Notes: generated from the sequence alone by a model not told the origin. Shown: positions 17,986-27,167, counted from the first letter of the stretch. The stretch is 64,000 bases of DNA from an uncultured Ignavibacteriales bacterium (GCA_964464605.1 CAYXJN010000006.1:62001-126000); one strand, 5' to 3'. Translations and numbers: made by a program.

Positions 17986-18750
17986 ATGGAGTTTACTACC
18001 TTTCTTTGGACAACTCTCAGCGCGTTTCTCACGCTGGCTACATTTTCCTTTTTGTATCGTGACAATCCGTTTTATCGCATAGCGGAACATCTGGTGGTAG
18101 GAACGTCCGCCGGATACTTCGTCCTTATTCTCTGGCATAATAGTTTAGTGCCGAATATGCTCAACCGTATTCTGGAAGGGTCATGGTTGTATATCATCCC
18201 CGGTATTCTTGGTGCGATGATGTGGACTCGGTTTTCAAAGAACTATGCATGGATTTCCCGCTGGCCGCTGGGGATTTATGTCGGTATTGCCGCTGGTGTT
18301 GCCATACCGCTTGAAATGGCAAACCGTGTAAACAAACAGTTGGTGGCTGCGATGGTACCGATAAGCTGGGATAACTTTCTTTCATTCTTACCTACATCCG
18401 GTCTGTCGGATCTTATTGTTTTTACGGGAGCAATTGCTGCTCTTTGTTATTTCTTCTTTTCCAAAGCGCACACTGGTGCTTTCGGAGCCGTTGCTAAATA
18501 CGGTATCTGGATTTTGATGATCGGATTCGGAACATCGTTCGGATTTACCGTCATGGCTCGTATCTCCCTGTTCATTAATCGTATTCAATCGGTCGATCGG
18601 TGGGGGCAGGCAGCGTTTGATACCGCTAATCCGAATTATTCGTCGTTGTTTCCACTACTCTTCTGGATCGTTACCGCGTTGGTGGTAGGGTTTATTGTCG
18701 TTGAGATATACAAACATCTCAATGGCAAGAAGACCGTTGCTAATCAGTAA
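17986..18750 (+). CDS. Cassette 3 subunit D: polytopic membrane protein
   Basis: SFLYRDNPFY, RWPL, YFFFSKAHTG, FGTSFGFTVMAR; one extra C-terminal TM. Confidence 0.75.
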   Translation: MEFTTFLWTTLSAFLTLATFSFLYRDNPFYRIAEHLVVGTSAGYFVLILWHNSLVPNMLNRILEGSWLYIIPGILGAMMWTRFSKNYAWISRWPLGIYVGIAAGVAIPLEMANRVNKQLVAAMVPISWDNFLSFLPTSGLSDLIVFTGAIAALCYFFFSKAHTGAFGAVAKYGIWILMIGFGTSFGFTVMARISLFINRIQSVDRWGQAAFDTANPNYSSLFPLLFWIVTALVVGFIVVEIYKHLNGKKTVANQ

Positions 18751-19063
18751 TCGCATCGCACAGTTAAATCTGCTCTTATTTGCTTTAGTGTAGTTTATAC
18801 CGCCAATTTTTTCGAAAAATTTTAGTTGATTCAATTTTTCAATCAGAGAGTTTGCTAATACAGGTGGAGGGAAACGCCCGCGAAATCAGGCCGGATACCT
18901 GAATCGACGGGTCACCGGAAGTGGTTGATGGATATCGCGTTACGCGATCCGCGTAAGCCATTGAAAGGAAAGAAATTCATGGTGAATTAATTTTCCTGTT
19001 TCGACAAGTCAAAATCTATCAAGTTTTTGCGAGGATATTTTTTGCCTACCGGACATTTTTCGC

Positions 19064-19093
19064 TTGACATACAGGCAAATATTTCCGTAACAT
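19064..19093 (+). promoter_or_regulatory. Sigma70-like promoter for the small basic protein gene
   Basis: TTGACA (19064-19069), 18 nt spacer, TAACAT (19088-19093). Confidence 0.5.
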
Positions 19094-19181
19094 TCACGCG
19101 AGGAATCAACAATAAACCGGATAACCAGTTAACTGAGAAAGGGTAGCCACTTGAGAACACACGGAAAGTGAGGACCGCGAC

Positions 19182-19523
19182 ATGGCGTGGACTAGGAAGT
19201 CCGAATTGGGGAAAACCCCGGCCACATTCGTACCCGACTCAGAGGAATCTGAGGAACAATTTAAACTTTCGGCTGCTGAAAGGCGGCGAGAGTACCAACG
19301 GCGCTATTACCAAATGCACAAAGAAAAGGCAAAAGAATATCAGCGTCAGTACAACCTGACCCACAAGAAGAAGCTTCGTGGTGGTCGGGGAAAGAACGGT
19401 ATGTTGTCTCGCGATGCCGTTCGTTCCACATTCAATATGGCCGATATCATGCACTCTCCGGTTGAAAAGACCATTTGGATGCTCCAAAAGATCATTAACG
19501 GTGAACGCTTTTTCACGATGTAA
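19182..19523 (+). CDS. Small basic hypothetical protein, possibly nucleic-acid binding
   Basis: 113 aa, GAGG RBS, own promoter and terminator. Charged helix RRREYQRRYYQMHKEKAKEYQRQY and KKKLRGGRGK. Confidence 0.65.
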   Translation: MAWTRKSELGKTPATFVPDSEESEEQFKLSAAERRREYQRRYYQMHKEKAKEYQRQYNLTHKKKLRGGRGKNGMLSRDAVRSTFNMADIMHSPVEKTIWMLQKIINGERFFTM

Positions 19524-19546
19524 GGCTGCTAAGAACAAAGTAATTC

Positions 19547-19586
19547 AAGGCGATTAGCGCGAGTTTTTGCTCTAATCGCCTTTTCT
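19547..19586 (+). terminator. Rho-independent terminator
   Basis: 11-bp stem AAGGCGATTAG / CTAATCGCCTT followed by a T-rich tract. Confidence 0.7.
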
Positions 19587-19587
19587 A

Positions 19588-19616
19588 TTGCCAAGCACCG
19601 GTCTTTCCTGTACATT
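19588..19616 (+). promoter_or_regulatory. Sigma70-like promoter of ppdK
   Basis: TTGCCA, 17 nt spacer, TACATT. Its position argues against the ORF-track TTG start at 19588. Confidence 0.5.
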
Positions 19617-19662
19617 CCCCAAAAAATTCCTTAACTCATTAATAGGACAGAGGATATCCCAT

Positions 19663-22455
19663 ATGTCCGCCAAAACGGCGACAACTCCGAAAAAGGATGA
19701 GGTGAAAGCTGAAAAGAAGGCCCCAAAGGAGCCCCGCAAAAAAGCTAACCCCTCGTTTGACCCAAAAAACTTAACCGGAAAATACTTTTACTTCTTCGGC
19801 AACGGCAAAGCCGAGGGAGCGGCCAATATGCGTGACTTGTTGGGCGGCAAGGGAGCCAATTTGGCAGAAATGACCAATGCCGGCCTACCTGTACCTCCCG
19901 GGTTTACGATCACGACCGAGGTTTGCCGGATTTATTATGACGGTTCTCTTGATGTACCGAAGCCGATCGACAAAGAGATGCTCAAATACGTCGAAATGCT
20001 CGAACAGGCAACCAAGCGGAAATTCGGCGATCCGACCAATCCGCTTTTGCTGTCTGTCCGGTCAGGCTCAAAATTCTCAATGCCGGGCATGATGGATACG
20101 ATTTTGAATCTTGGGCTCAATGATGAAACCTGCGAAGGGTTAGCGACTGCAACCGGCGACGCCCGTTTTGCCTATGACAATTATCGCCGTTTTATCGCCA
20201 TGTTCTCAAACGTCGTTTTGGGGATCGACAAGGAATTGTTCGAGGAGGTCGTTACCAAGCGAAAACAGGAACGACGTGTTCGTCAGGACAGTTCACTGCA
20301 GGCGGCAGACTTAAAAGAGATCGTCAAAAAATTCAAACAGATTATCAAGCGGAAATCAGGGGATGTGTTTCCCGATGACGCTTTGGCACAGCTTCGTTTG
20401 GCGCGGGATGCCGTATTTCGCAGTTGGAATAATCCGCGGGCAATTTCCTATCGTCGCCAGTTTAACATCCCGTCTGAAATCGGCACGGCAGTCAATATCC
20501 AGGCTATGGTATTCGGTAATCGAGGGAATTCCTCAGGTACGGGAGTTGGTTTTACCCGTAACCCGTCGACCGGAGTAAAAGAATTTTACGGCGAGTTCCT
20601 GGTGAATGCGCAGGGAGAGGATGTTGTCGCCGGTGTGCGCACTCCGCTTCCGATCAGCAAAATGGCGGATGAACTTCCGCAGGCGTTCAAGCAGCTGAAA
20701 GAAATTACTACCCGTTTAGAAAAGCACTATCGGGATGTTCAGGATTTTGAGTTTACGGTCGAAGGCGGCAAGCTCTACATGCTGCAAACCCGCAATGCCA
20801 AACGAACGACGGCGGCTGCGATTCATATTGCCGTTGATATGGTAAAAGAAAAACTGATTACCAAAGAAGAAGCGCTGATGCGCATCGAGCCGCAACAGCT
20901 CGATCAATTGCTGCATCCGACTCTGGATCCGAAAGCGAACTACGAAGTCATAGCGAAAGGATTGCCGGCATCACCCGGTGCGGCATCCGGAAAAGTCTAT
21001 TTCCATTCCGATGATGTGGTAAAATACGGATCGAAACATCCGGTTATCCTGGTTCGCGATGAAACGAACCCTGATGATATCGACGGTATGCTGACCGCTG
21101 TCGGTATTCTTACTGCCCGCGGCGGAATGACTTCGCATGCCGCGGTCGTTACCCGTCAGATGGGTAAGTGCTGTGTTGCCGGAGCGGAAGCGGTTCGCGT
21201 GAACACAATTAAAAAGCAATTCCAGGTCGGTAAGCTGACGATTAAAGAAGGGGAAATTATCACCCTCAACGGTTCGACCGGTGAAGTAATTCTCGGAGAA
21301 GTCCCCCGTATTGAACCGCAGTTGTCCGGCGAATTTTCGGAATTTATGTCTTGGGCTGACGAGATTCGTACGCTCAAAATTCGCGCCAATGCCGATACCC
21401 CGCGCGATGCCAATCAGGCGCTTCAGTTTGGCGCTGAGGGGATTGGGCTCTGTCGCACCGAACATATGTTTTTTGCCGACGACCGTATTCCAATCGTGCA
21501 AAAAATGATTCTTGCCGATACGCCGGAAGGGCGTCAGGCCGCGCTGAATCAGTTGTTGCCGATGCAGCGGAAAGACTTCAAAGAAATCTTCAACGTCATG
21601 CACGGACTGCCGGTAACTATACGGACACTCGATCCGCCGCTTCATGAATTTTTGCCCCGTAAACATGAGGTGCAGGACAAACTGGCGAAGCTTGATCCGA
21701 AATCGGATGATTTTGAAGAAGAGCAGATTCGCCTGCGTACGATTATCCGCCGCATCGAAGAACTTTCGGAAATGAACCCGATGCTCGGTCATCGCGGCTG
21801 CCGCCTCGGCATTGTCTTTCCGGAAATTACCGAAATGCAGGTACGCGCGATTATTGAAGCGGCCTGTGATTTGATTAAGGATAAAAAGCCGGTACAGCCG
21901 GAAATTATGATTCCGCTGGTCGGTCATGTGAATGAATTGAAAAACCAGAAAGTGATTGTCGAGCGAATTGCCCTTGAAGTGGCCACCAAAACGAAAGTGA
22001 AGGATGCACTCAAGTACAGTATAGGAACGATGATCGAAATCCCGCGCGCGGCGTTAACAGCCGATGAAATCGCGCAGGAAGCGGAATTTTTCAGCTTTGG
22101 CACTAATGATCTCACTCAAATGGGAATGGGGTTCTCCCGCGATGATGCCGGAAAGTTCCTGACCTATTACGTCAACAACGGTATTCTTCCGAAAGACCCG
22201 TTCGTTTCCATTGACCGGGATGGCGTTGGCCAGCTTGTTCGTATGGGAACTGAAAAGGGACGTTCGGTTCGTACTGGATTGAAAGTTGGCGTTTGCGGCG
22301 AACATGGTGGTGATCCGGAATCTATCGACTTCTTCAACGATGCCGGTTTGGATTACGTCTCCTGTTCACCGTACCGCGTACCGATTGCTCGCCTGGCGGC
22401 AGCGCAAGTCGTGCTTCGTTCAGGTGACGACAAAAAAGGGAAGAAGGGCAAATAA
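19663..22455 (+). CDS. ppdK: Pyruvate, phosphate dikinase
   Basis: LLGGKGANLAEM, SMPGMMDTILNLG, GGMTSHAAVV (phospho-His), GIGLCRTEHMF, FSFGTNDLTQ, VCGEHGGDP. ATG 19663 with GAGG RBS. Confidence 0.97.
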   Translation: MSAKTATTPKKDEVKAEKKAPKEPRKKANPSFDPKNLTGKYFYFFGNGKAEGAANMRDLLGGKGANLAEMTNAGLPVPPGFTITTEVCRIYYDGSLDVPKPIDKEMLKYVEMLEQATKRKFGDPTNPLLLSVRSGSKFSMPGMMDTILNLGLNDETCEGLATATGDARFAYDNYRRFIAMFSNVVLGIDKELFEEVVTKRKQERRVRQDSSLQAADLKEIVKKFKQIIKRKSGDVFPDDALAQLRLARDAVFRSWNNPRAISYRRQFNIPSEIGTAVNIQAMVFGNRGNSSGTGVGFTRNPSTGVKEFYGEFLVNAQGEDVVAGVRTPLPISKMADELPQAFKQLKEITTRLEKHYRDVQDFEFTVEGGKLYMLQTRNAKRTTAAAIHIAVDMVKEKLITKEEALMRIEPQQLDQLLHPTLDPKANYEVIAKGLPASPGAASGKVYFHSDDVVKYGSKHPVILVRDETNPDDIDGMLTAVGILTARGGMTSHAAVVTRQMGKCCVAGAEAVRVNTIKKQFQVGKLTIKEGEIITLNGSTGEVILGEVPRIEPQLSGEFSEFMSWADEIRTLKIRANADTPRDANQALQFGAEGIGLCRTEHMFFADDRIPIVQKMILADTPEGRQAALNQLLPMQRKDFKEIFNVMHGLPVTIRTLDPPLHEFLPRKHEVQDKLAKLDPKSDDFEEEQIRLRTIIRRIEELSEMNPMLGHRGCRLGIVFPEITEMQVRAIIEAACDLIKDKKPVQPEIMIPLVGHVNELKNQKVIVERIALEVATKTKVKDALKYSIGTMIEIPRAALTADEIAQEAEFFSFGTNDLTQMGMGFSRDDAGKFLTYYVNNGILPKDPFVSIDRDGVGQLVRMGTEKGRSVRTGLKVGVCGEHGGDPESIDFFNDAGLDYVSCSPYRVPIARLAAAQVVLRSGDDKKGKKGK

Positions 22456-22494
22456 GCGTCCGTTTCTTTCCCGGTACAACAATCAGACTCATTT

Positions 22495-22530
22495 CGGTGC
22501 TGGTCGGTAGCTTGGTCAGCACCGTTTTTT
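22495..22530 (+). terminator. Rho-independent terminator after ppdK
   Basis: Stem CGGTGCTG.../...CAGCACCG followed by TTTTTT. Confidence 0.75.
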
Positions 22531-22613
22531 ATTCCTGTTTCTTTCATATTGTCTTTTCTCGTTAGGATACTATCTTCCCTGCCAGATACCCCGAACAGGA
22601 GGTGGAGTATACG

Positions 22614-23093
22614 ATGAAGCTTGAACTGAAGACGATTTCGCTCTGGCCGTTTATTAAAGTGGCTGTCTTGTTGAATACGGCTATTGGATTCATCCTCGGT
22701 ATTTTCTACGCGCTGTTTCTTGATGTTTTTATCAATGTTATGAGTTCAATGCCGGGGTTGTGGCCGCAAGATTTGAGTGATGCAGATTTACCGCTGGGAG
22801 CGATGATTATTATGTTTCCAATTATGTTCGCGCTTATGGGCGGAATTGTGTATACGATTCTCGGTGTCATTTTAGTGACACTCTATAATCTCGCGGCATC
22901 GATTGCCGGCGGGCTTGAATTTGAGTTTGCGCAAGTGGGTCAATTCACGCCCGTCAATCAGCCGCAGACACCTTCGTATTATTCATCCTATCCCGGCTAT
23001 TCACCACCGACTTCATCGACGGCTATTCCGGCGCCACCCAAGCCTTCTCCACAGCAGCCGCCGAGCAATCCTCCGACACAGGGATTCGAATGA
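22614..23093 (+). CDS. DUF3566-like two-TM membrane protein with a Pro-rich C-terminal tail
   Basis: ELKTISLWPFIKV, TM, TM, LYNLAASIAGGLEFE pattern; GGAG RBS before ATG 22614. Confidence 0.6.
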   Translation: MKLELKTISLWPFIKVAVLLNTAIGFILGIFYALFLDVFINVMSSMPGLWPQDLSDADLPLGAMIIMFPIMFALMGGIVYTILGVILVTLYNLAASIAGGLEFEFAQVGQFTPVNQPQTPSYYSSYPGYSPPTSSTAIPAPPKPSPQQPPSNPPTQGFE

Positions 23094-24538
23094 GCCAGCT
23101 ACCAGTTGTTCGCATTGCCCCGTCACCGTCAGGATACCTCCACGTTGGTACCGCCCGCACGGCTATTTTCAATTATCTGTTCGCACGGCACAATAACGGA
23201 AAGTTTTTGGTTCGTATCGAAGATACCGATAAAGAACGCTCCAACGCCGCTTTGGTTGAACCGATTCTGGATGCCTTGCGCTGGCTCGGTATCAAGTGGG
23301 ATGCGGATATTGTGTACCAATCGCAGCGAATCGACATTCACGGCAAATACGCGAAACTGATTTTGAATTCTGACTATGCGTATCCTTGTTTCTGTACAGC
23401 GGAAGAATTGGAAAGGAAACGCACCGAAGCGATGGCGAATAAACGTCCGCCCCGTTACGACCGGAAATGTCTGAGTCTGCCGAAAACTGAAGTCGAAAAA
23501 CGAATTGCCGCTGGTGAATCATACGCCATTCGCTTGCGTATCCCTGAAGGGGAGACCGGGTTTCATGATATGGTGTCGGGTGAGCTGAAACTCAAGAATG
23601 AAGATATCGAGGATTTTATTATAGCCCGCTCGGACGGAACAGCTGTGTATAATTTAGCCGTTGTTGTCGACGACCATGAAATGGGCGTAACGCATGTGAT
23701 TCGCGGGAATGACCATATCACGAATACCTTCAAACAGATTCATATTTACCGGGCGCTCAATTGGCAGGTTCCGGAGTTCGGCCATGTGCCGCTGATTTTG
23801 CGGCCGGATAAAAAGAAAGTCTCAAAACGACTCGGTGACAAAGATGTGAATGAGTACGCACTGGAAGGGATATTGCCGGAGGCAATGTTCAATTACCTTT
23901 GCCTGTTGGGCTGGTCCCCGAAAACGGATAGAGAGATTTACTCATTCGATGAGTTGGTGCATATTTTTACGCCGGATAACTTGAATCCTGCCAATGCGGT
24001 GTTCGATGAAGAAAAGCTTATTGCCTTTAACAAAGAACACATCCAGTTGAAACCGCTTCCTGATTTAGCCAAAGTCGTCGCGCCGCTGATGATTGCGGCC
24101 GGAGCAGTGACCGAACAGGACGTGAAGCAAAGATGGAGTTATTTTGAAGCGATGGTCGCGTTGCTGCGTGAACGGGTGCGCCGTTTGACCGACTATGTGA
24201 ATTTAGGGAAGTTTTTCTTTCATTTCGATGGTGAATATGATCCAGCGGCTAAAGAGAAGCAGTTTACTCCGGAACGGGCGATACTGATGGGTGCATTCGC
24301 CGACCGGCTGGAGCAATTGTCGAGTTTCGACCAGACATCGCTGGAGCAAGCCCTTGAACTGCTTGCCACAGAACGGGGTGTCAAGAAAGCTGAACTGATT
24401 CATCCGACCCGACTGGCAGTTTCCGGTATTTCCGTCGGACCGGGGCTGTATGCAATGCTGGAATTACTGGGCAAGGAAATCGTTGTTGCGCGGCTTCGGC
24501 AGGCCGTGAAATATATTGGCGCGCTGAAACCGGCATAA
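23090..24538 (+). CDS. gltX: Glutamate--tRNA ligase
   Basis: RIAPSPSGYLHVG (HIGH), RIEDTD, THVIRGNDH, KKVSKR (KMSKS), anticodon-domain PTRLAVSG..GPGL. Confidence 0.96.
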   Translation: MSQLPVVRIAPSPSGYLHVGTARTAIFNYLFARHNNGKFLVRIEDTDKERSNAALVEPILDALRWLGIKWDADIVYQSQRIDIHGKYAKLILNSDYAYPCFCTAEELERKRTEAMANKRPPRYDRKCLSLPKTEVEKRIAAGESYAIRLRIPEGETGFHDMVSGELKLKNEDIEDFIIARSDGTAVYNLAVVVDDHEMGVTHVIRGNDHITNTFKQIHIYRALNWQVPEFGHVPLILRPDKKKVSKRLGDKDVNEYALEGILPEAMFNYLCLLGWSPKTDREIYSFDELVHIFTPDNLNPANAVFDEEKLIAFNKEHIQLKPLPDLAKVVAPLMIAAGAVTEQDVKQRWSYFEAMVALLRERVRRLTDYVNLGKFFFHFDGEYDPAAKEKQFTPERAILMGAFADRLEQLSSFDQTSLEQALELLATERGVKKAELIHPTRLAVSGISVGPGLYAMLELLGKEIVVARLRQAVKYIGALKPA

Positions 24539-24624
24539 TATATATTTGCCGGTACGGAACAGAATAGACTGGGCGGCGCGAATGCGTCGAACAAGGAAAT
24601 AGATCTCAAGCAGAGGTTTGTGTT

Positions 24625-24837
24625 GTGGAAGAAGAAATGATTCAATGGGCCTGCGGTATTTGCGGATACCTTCATGATGATGAAGAACCGCCGGATACCT
24701 GTCCGGTATGCGGAGCTCCCAAAAACAAATTCTCCGAATACAACGGTGAGCCGACCGACGAGGATTTGGAAAAAGAGGGTGGAACCGGTGATATGGATGA
24801 TTTCGATCGGGATTTGTACGGCGACTACGACGAGTAA
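24625..24837 (+). CDS. Rubredoxin-like small protein with an acidic tail
   Basis: WACGICGYLH...PPDTCPVCGAPKNKF (two CxxC motifs). Confidence 0.8.
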   Translation: MEEEMIQWACGICGYLHDDEEPPDTCPVCGAPKNKFSEYNGEPTDEDLEKEGGTGDMDDFDRDLYGDYDE

Positions 24838-24957
24838 TCAGCTTTATTCACGCGTGGCCTGTTTCGTGAACGCTGATCAGGTCGCGTTTGCTATGATTTC
24901 ATATACCGCGAACGAATTCTCCGGAAACTTGTCCCCTCTGAATCGGTTATATCAGGT

Positions 24958-26034
24958 ATGACAGAAACAGGTCCAACGCTCAGCTCGCCGGTTACGCAAA
25001 GCGCAGCCGGTTTTGAACGGGATATTTTCGATGTCACTTTTATAGGTGCCGGGCCGGTTGCCATGTACGGAATGTACTATGCCGGTTTGCGCATGATGCG
25101 CTACAAAACGATCGAAATGCTCGAAGAAGTCGGTGGCGGGCTGATGGCTTTGTACCCGGAAAAGTATATCTACGATGTCGGCGGATTCCCCAAAGTTTTA
25201 GCCAAAGACTTAGTGCGGATGCTCGAAGAGCAGGCCACGCAATACCCGCATGAGTTATGCCTGAATGAGCGCGTTGACAATGTCCAGCGCGGCGATGACG
25301 GCATATTCACCCTGACAACTTCCAAAGGTGTTCACAGCTCCCGTTCAATTGTAATCTGCGCCGGAATGGGAGCCTATGTTCCCAAGCGGCTCGATATTCC
25401 GAAACTGAAAGAACTCGAAGGACGGGGTGTGTATTATTTCATCCGGCGCTTGCAGGATTTCCGCGATAAACGGATACTGGTTGTCGGCGGTGGCGATTCA
25501 GCTTTCGATTATTCGATGATGCTTGAACCGATTGCGAAATCGATCACCCATATTCATCGGAACGATTTCTTTTCAGCGAATGAAGATTCAGTGCATAAGG
25601 TTCGCAATTCCCGTGTACGGATGAAGTTTCCATTCTGGGAAATCAAGCGTATCGACGGAGAAGATCGCGTTACCGGAGCAACGATAGTACAGACGAAAAC
25701 CGGGGAAGAAGAAACGCTCGAACTCGATGCAATCGTGCTCAATATCGGGTTTCTTACCAATATCGGTCCGCTTGAACAGTGGGGACTGACGCTTGAAAAA
25801 AACGGCATCGCTGTCGATATCCGCATGCGAACTAATATCGAGGGAGTTTTTGCCGCCGGAGATATTGTCAATTACGACGGGAAACTGAAACTGATTTCGG
25901 TTGGATTCGGTGAAGTCGCTATTGCCGTCAATAACGCCAAGAGTTTTATCGACCCGAAAGCGAAAGTAAGTCCGGGTCATTCGACAGAAAAACATGATGT
26001 TGTCATGCGTAAAATAGCTAAAGGACAAAAGTAG
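24958..26034 (+). CDS. Thioredoxin-reductase-type ferredoxin--NADP(+) reductase (YumC-like)
   Basis: IGAGP, GG.LMALYPEKYIYDVGGFP, VGGGDSA, GVFAAGDI..Y.GKLKLI, PGHST. No redox CxxC. Confidence 0.85.
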   Translation: MTETGPTLSSPVTQSAAGFERDIFDVTFIGAGPVAMYGMYYAGLRMMRYKTIEMLEEVGGGLMALYPEKYIYDVGGFPKVLAKDLVRMLEEQATQYPHELCLNERVDNVQRGDDGIFTLTTSKGVHSSRSIVICAGMGAYVPKRLDIPKLKELEGRGVYYFIRRLQDFRDKRILVVGGGDSAFDYSMMLEPIAKSITHIHRNDFFSANEDSVHKVRNSRVRMKFPFWEIKRIDGEDRVTGATIVQTKTGEEETLELDAIVLNIGFLTNIGPLEQWGLTLEKNGIAVDIRMRTNIEGVFAAGDIVNYDGKLKLISVGFGEVAIAVNNAKSFIDPKAKVSPGHSTEKHDVVMRKIAKGQK

Positions 26035-26038
26035 ACAG

Positions 26039-27118
26039 ATGTATTTCGCACTGCCCAAAGAATACCGCGAAGCGCCGATTGATGATCTCAAAGCGCGTAT
26101 TCAGGCGGCTCGTGAGCGGTATGGAAAACGGTTGGTGATATTGGCGCATCATTACCAGCGTTTGGAAGTCGTCGCATTTGGCGATCATGTCGGGGATTCT
26201 TACGGTCTTTCCAAAATTGCAGCCGCGCAGAAAGAGGCGGAGTTTATTGTTTTCTGTGGCGTACATTTTATGGCGGAGTCGGCGGATATTTTAACCGATG
26301 CCAGCAAACAGGTTTACTTGCCGAATCCGCTTGCCGGATGTCCGATGGCTGATATGGCGGAGATGGCGGATGTGATGGAAGCGTGGGAATATCTTAAAGA
26401 CTTCGGCGGGGAAGAGCGGATCATGCCGATTTCGTACATGAACACTGCCGCGGGACTCAAAGCATTCACTGGAAAATATGGTGGCTTGATTTGTACCTCA
26501 TCGAATGCCCCCGGTGCCCTTAAATACGCATTCAGCAAACGGGAGAAAGCCTTTTTCTTTCCGGATGAAAACCTCGGCTACAACACCGGATTGCGATATG
26601 GATTACAGCCGGATGAAATGGTTATCTGGGATTTTGCACGTAACGGCGGCGGATTAACCGAAGCACAGATCAGCAAAGCGAAAATTATTTTGTGGAAAGG
26701 GCATTGCCACGTTCACACGAATTTTACGGCGAAGCATGTCGAGCAAACACGCACACAGCATCCCGGTGTGAAAGTAGTCGTGCATCCGGAATGTCCGCCC
26801 GATGTGGTGAAAGCAGCTGATGCCGACGGTTCGACCAGTTTCATCGTCGACTATTGCAAAAAAGCTCCGGCCGGGTCGATTATCGCGATAGGAACGGAAA
26901 TTAACCTGATTCACCGCATGGCGCATGAACATCCGGACAAAACGATTTTTGAACTTTCCGGCCAGACCTGCCCGGTCTGCGCGAACATGTACAGAACGAC
27001 CGTCAACGATTTGGCCTATTGCCTTGAACACCTTGAAGATATCAAACCGATCACGGTTCCTGAACCGAACCGTAGTCAGGCCCTTTTAGCCCTTGAAAAA
27101 ATGCTCGAAATTGCCTGA
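26039..27118 (+). CDS. nadA: Quinolinate synthase
   Basis: ILAHHYQR, GDS, FCGVHFMAES, AGCPMADM, YMNT, CTSSNA, GHCHVH, HPEC, GST. Confidence 0.95.
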   Translation: MYFALPKEYREAPIDDLKARIQAARERYGKRLVILAHHYQRLEVVAFGDHVGDSYGLSKIAAAQKEAEFIVFCGVHFMAESADILTDASKQVYLPNPLAGCPMADMAEMADVMEAWEYLKDFGGEERIMPISYMNTAAGLKAFTGKYGGLICTSSNAPGALKYAFSKREKAFFFPDENLGYNTGLRYGLQPDEMVIWDFARNGGGLTEAQISKAKIILWKGHCHVHTNFTAKHVEQTRTQHPGVKVVVHPECPPDVVKAADADGSTSFIVDYCKKAPAGSIIAIGTEINLIHRMAHEHPDKTIFELSGQTCPVCANMYRTTVNDLAYCLEHLEDIKPITVPEPNRSQALLALEKMLEIA

Positions 27119-27138
27119 TTTTCACTGTTTCCGTTTTG

Positions 27139-27167
27139 TTGACCACTCGCCTACCCCGACATATATT
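27139..27167 (+). promoter_or_regulatory. Sigma70-like promoter of the E2-lipB-fabL unit
   Basis: TTGACC, 17 nt spacer, TATATT. Confidence 0.55.

Noticed and set aside
8260..18750. ABC, TRAP, PTS, Rnf/Nqr or Mrp identity for the cassettes, or an assembly-artefact repeat
   Set aside because: No Walker motifs, EAA loop, Fe-S/FMN motifs or antiporter signatures are visible. The copies are highly diverged at nucleotide level, so they are not a mis-assembly.
20971..21927. 318-aa minus-strand ORF
   Set aside because: Antisense shadow of ppdK with no recognisable motifs.
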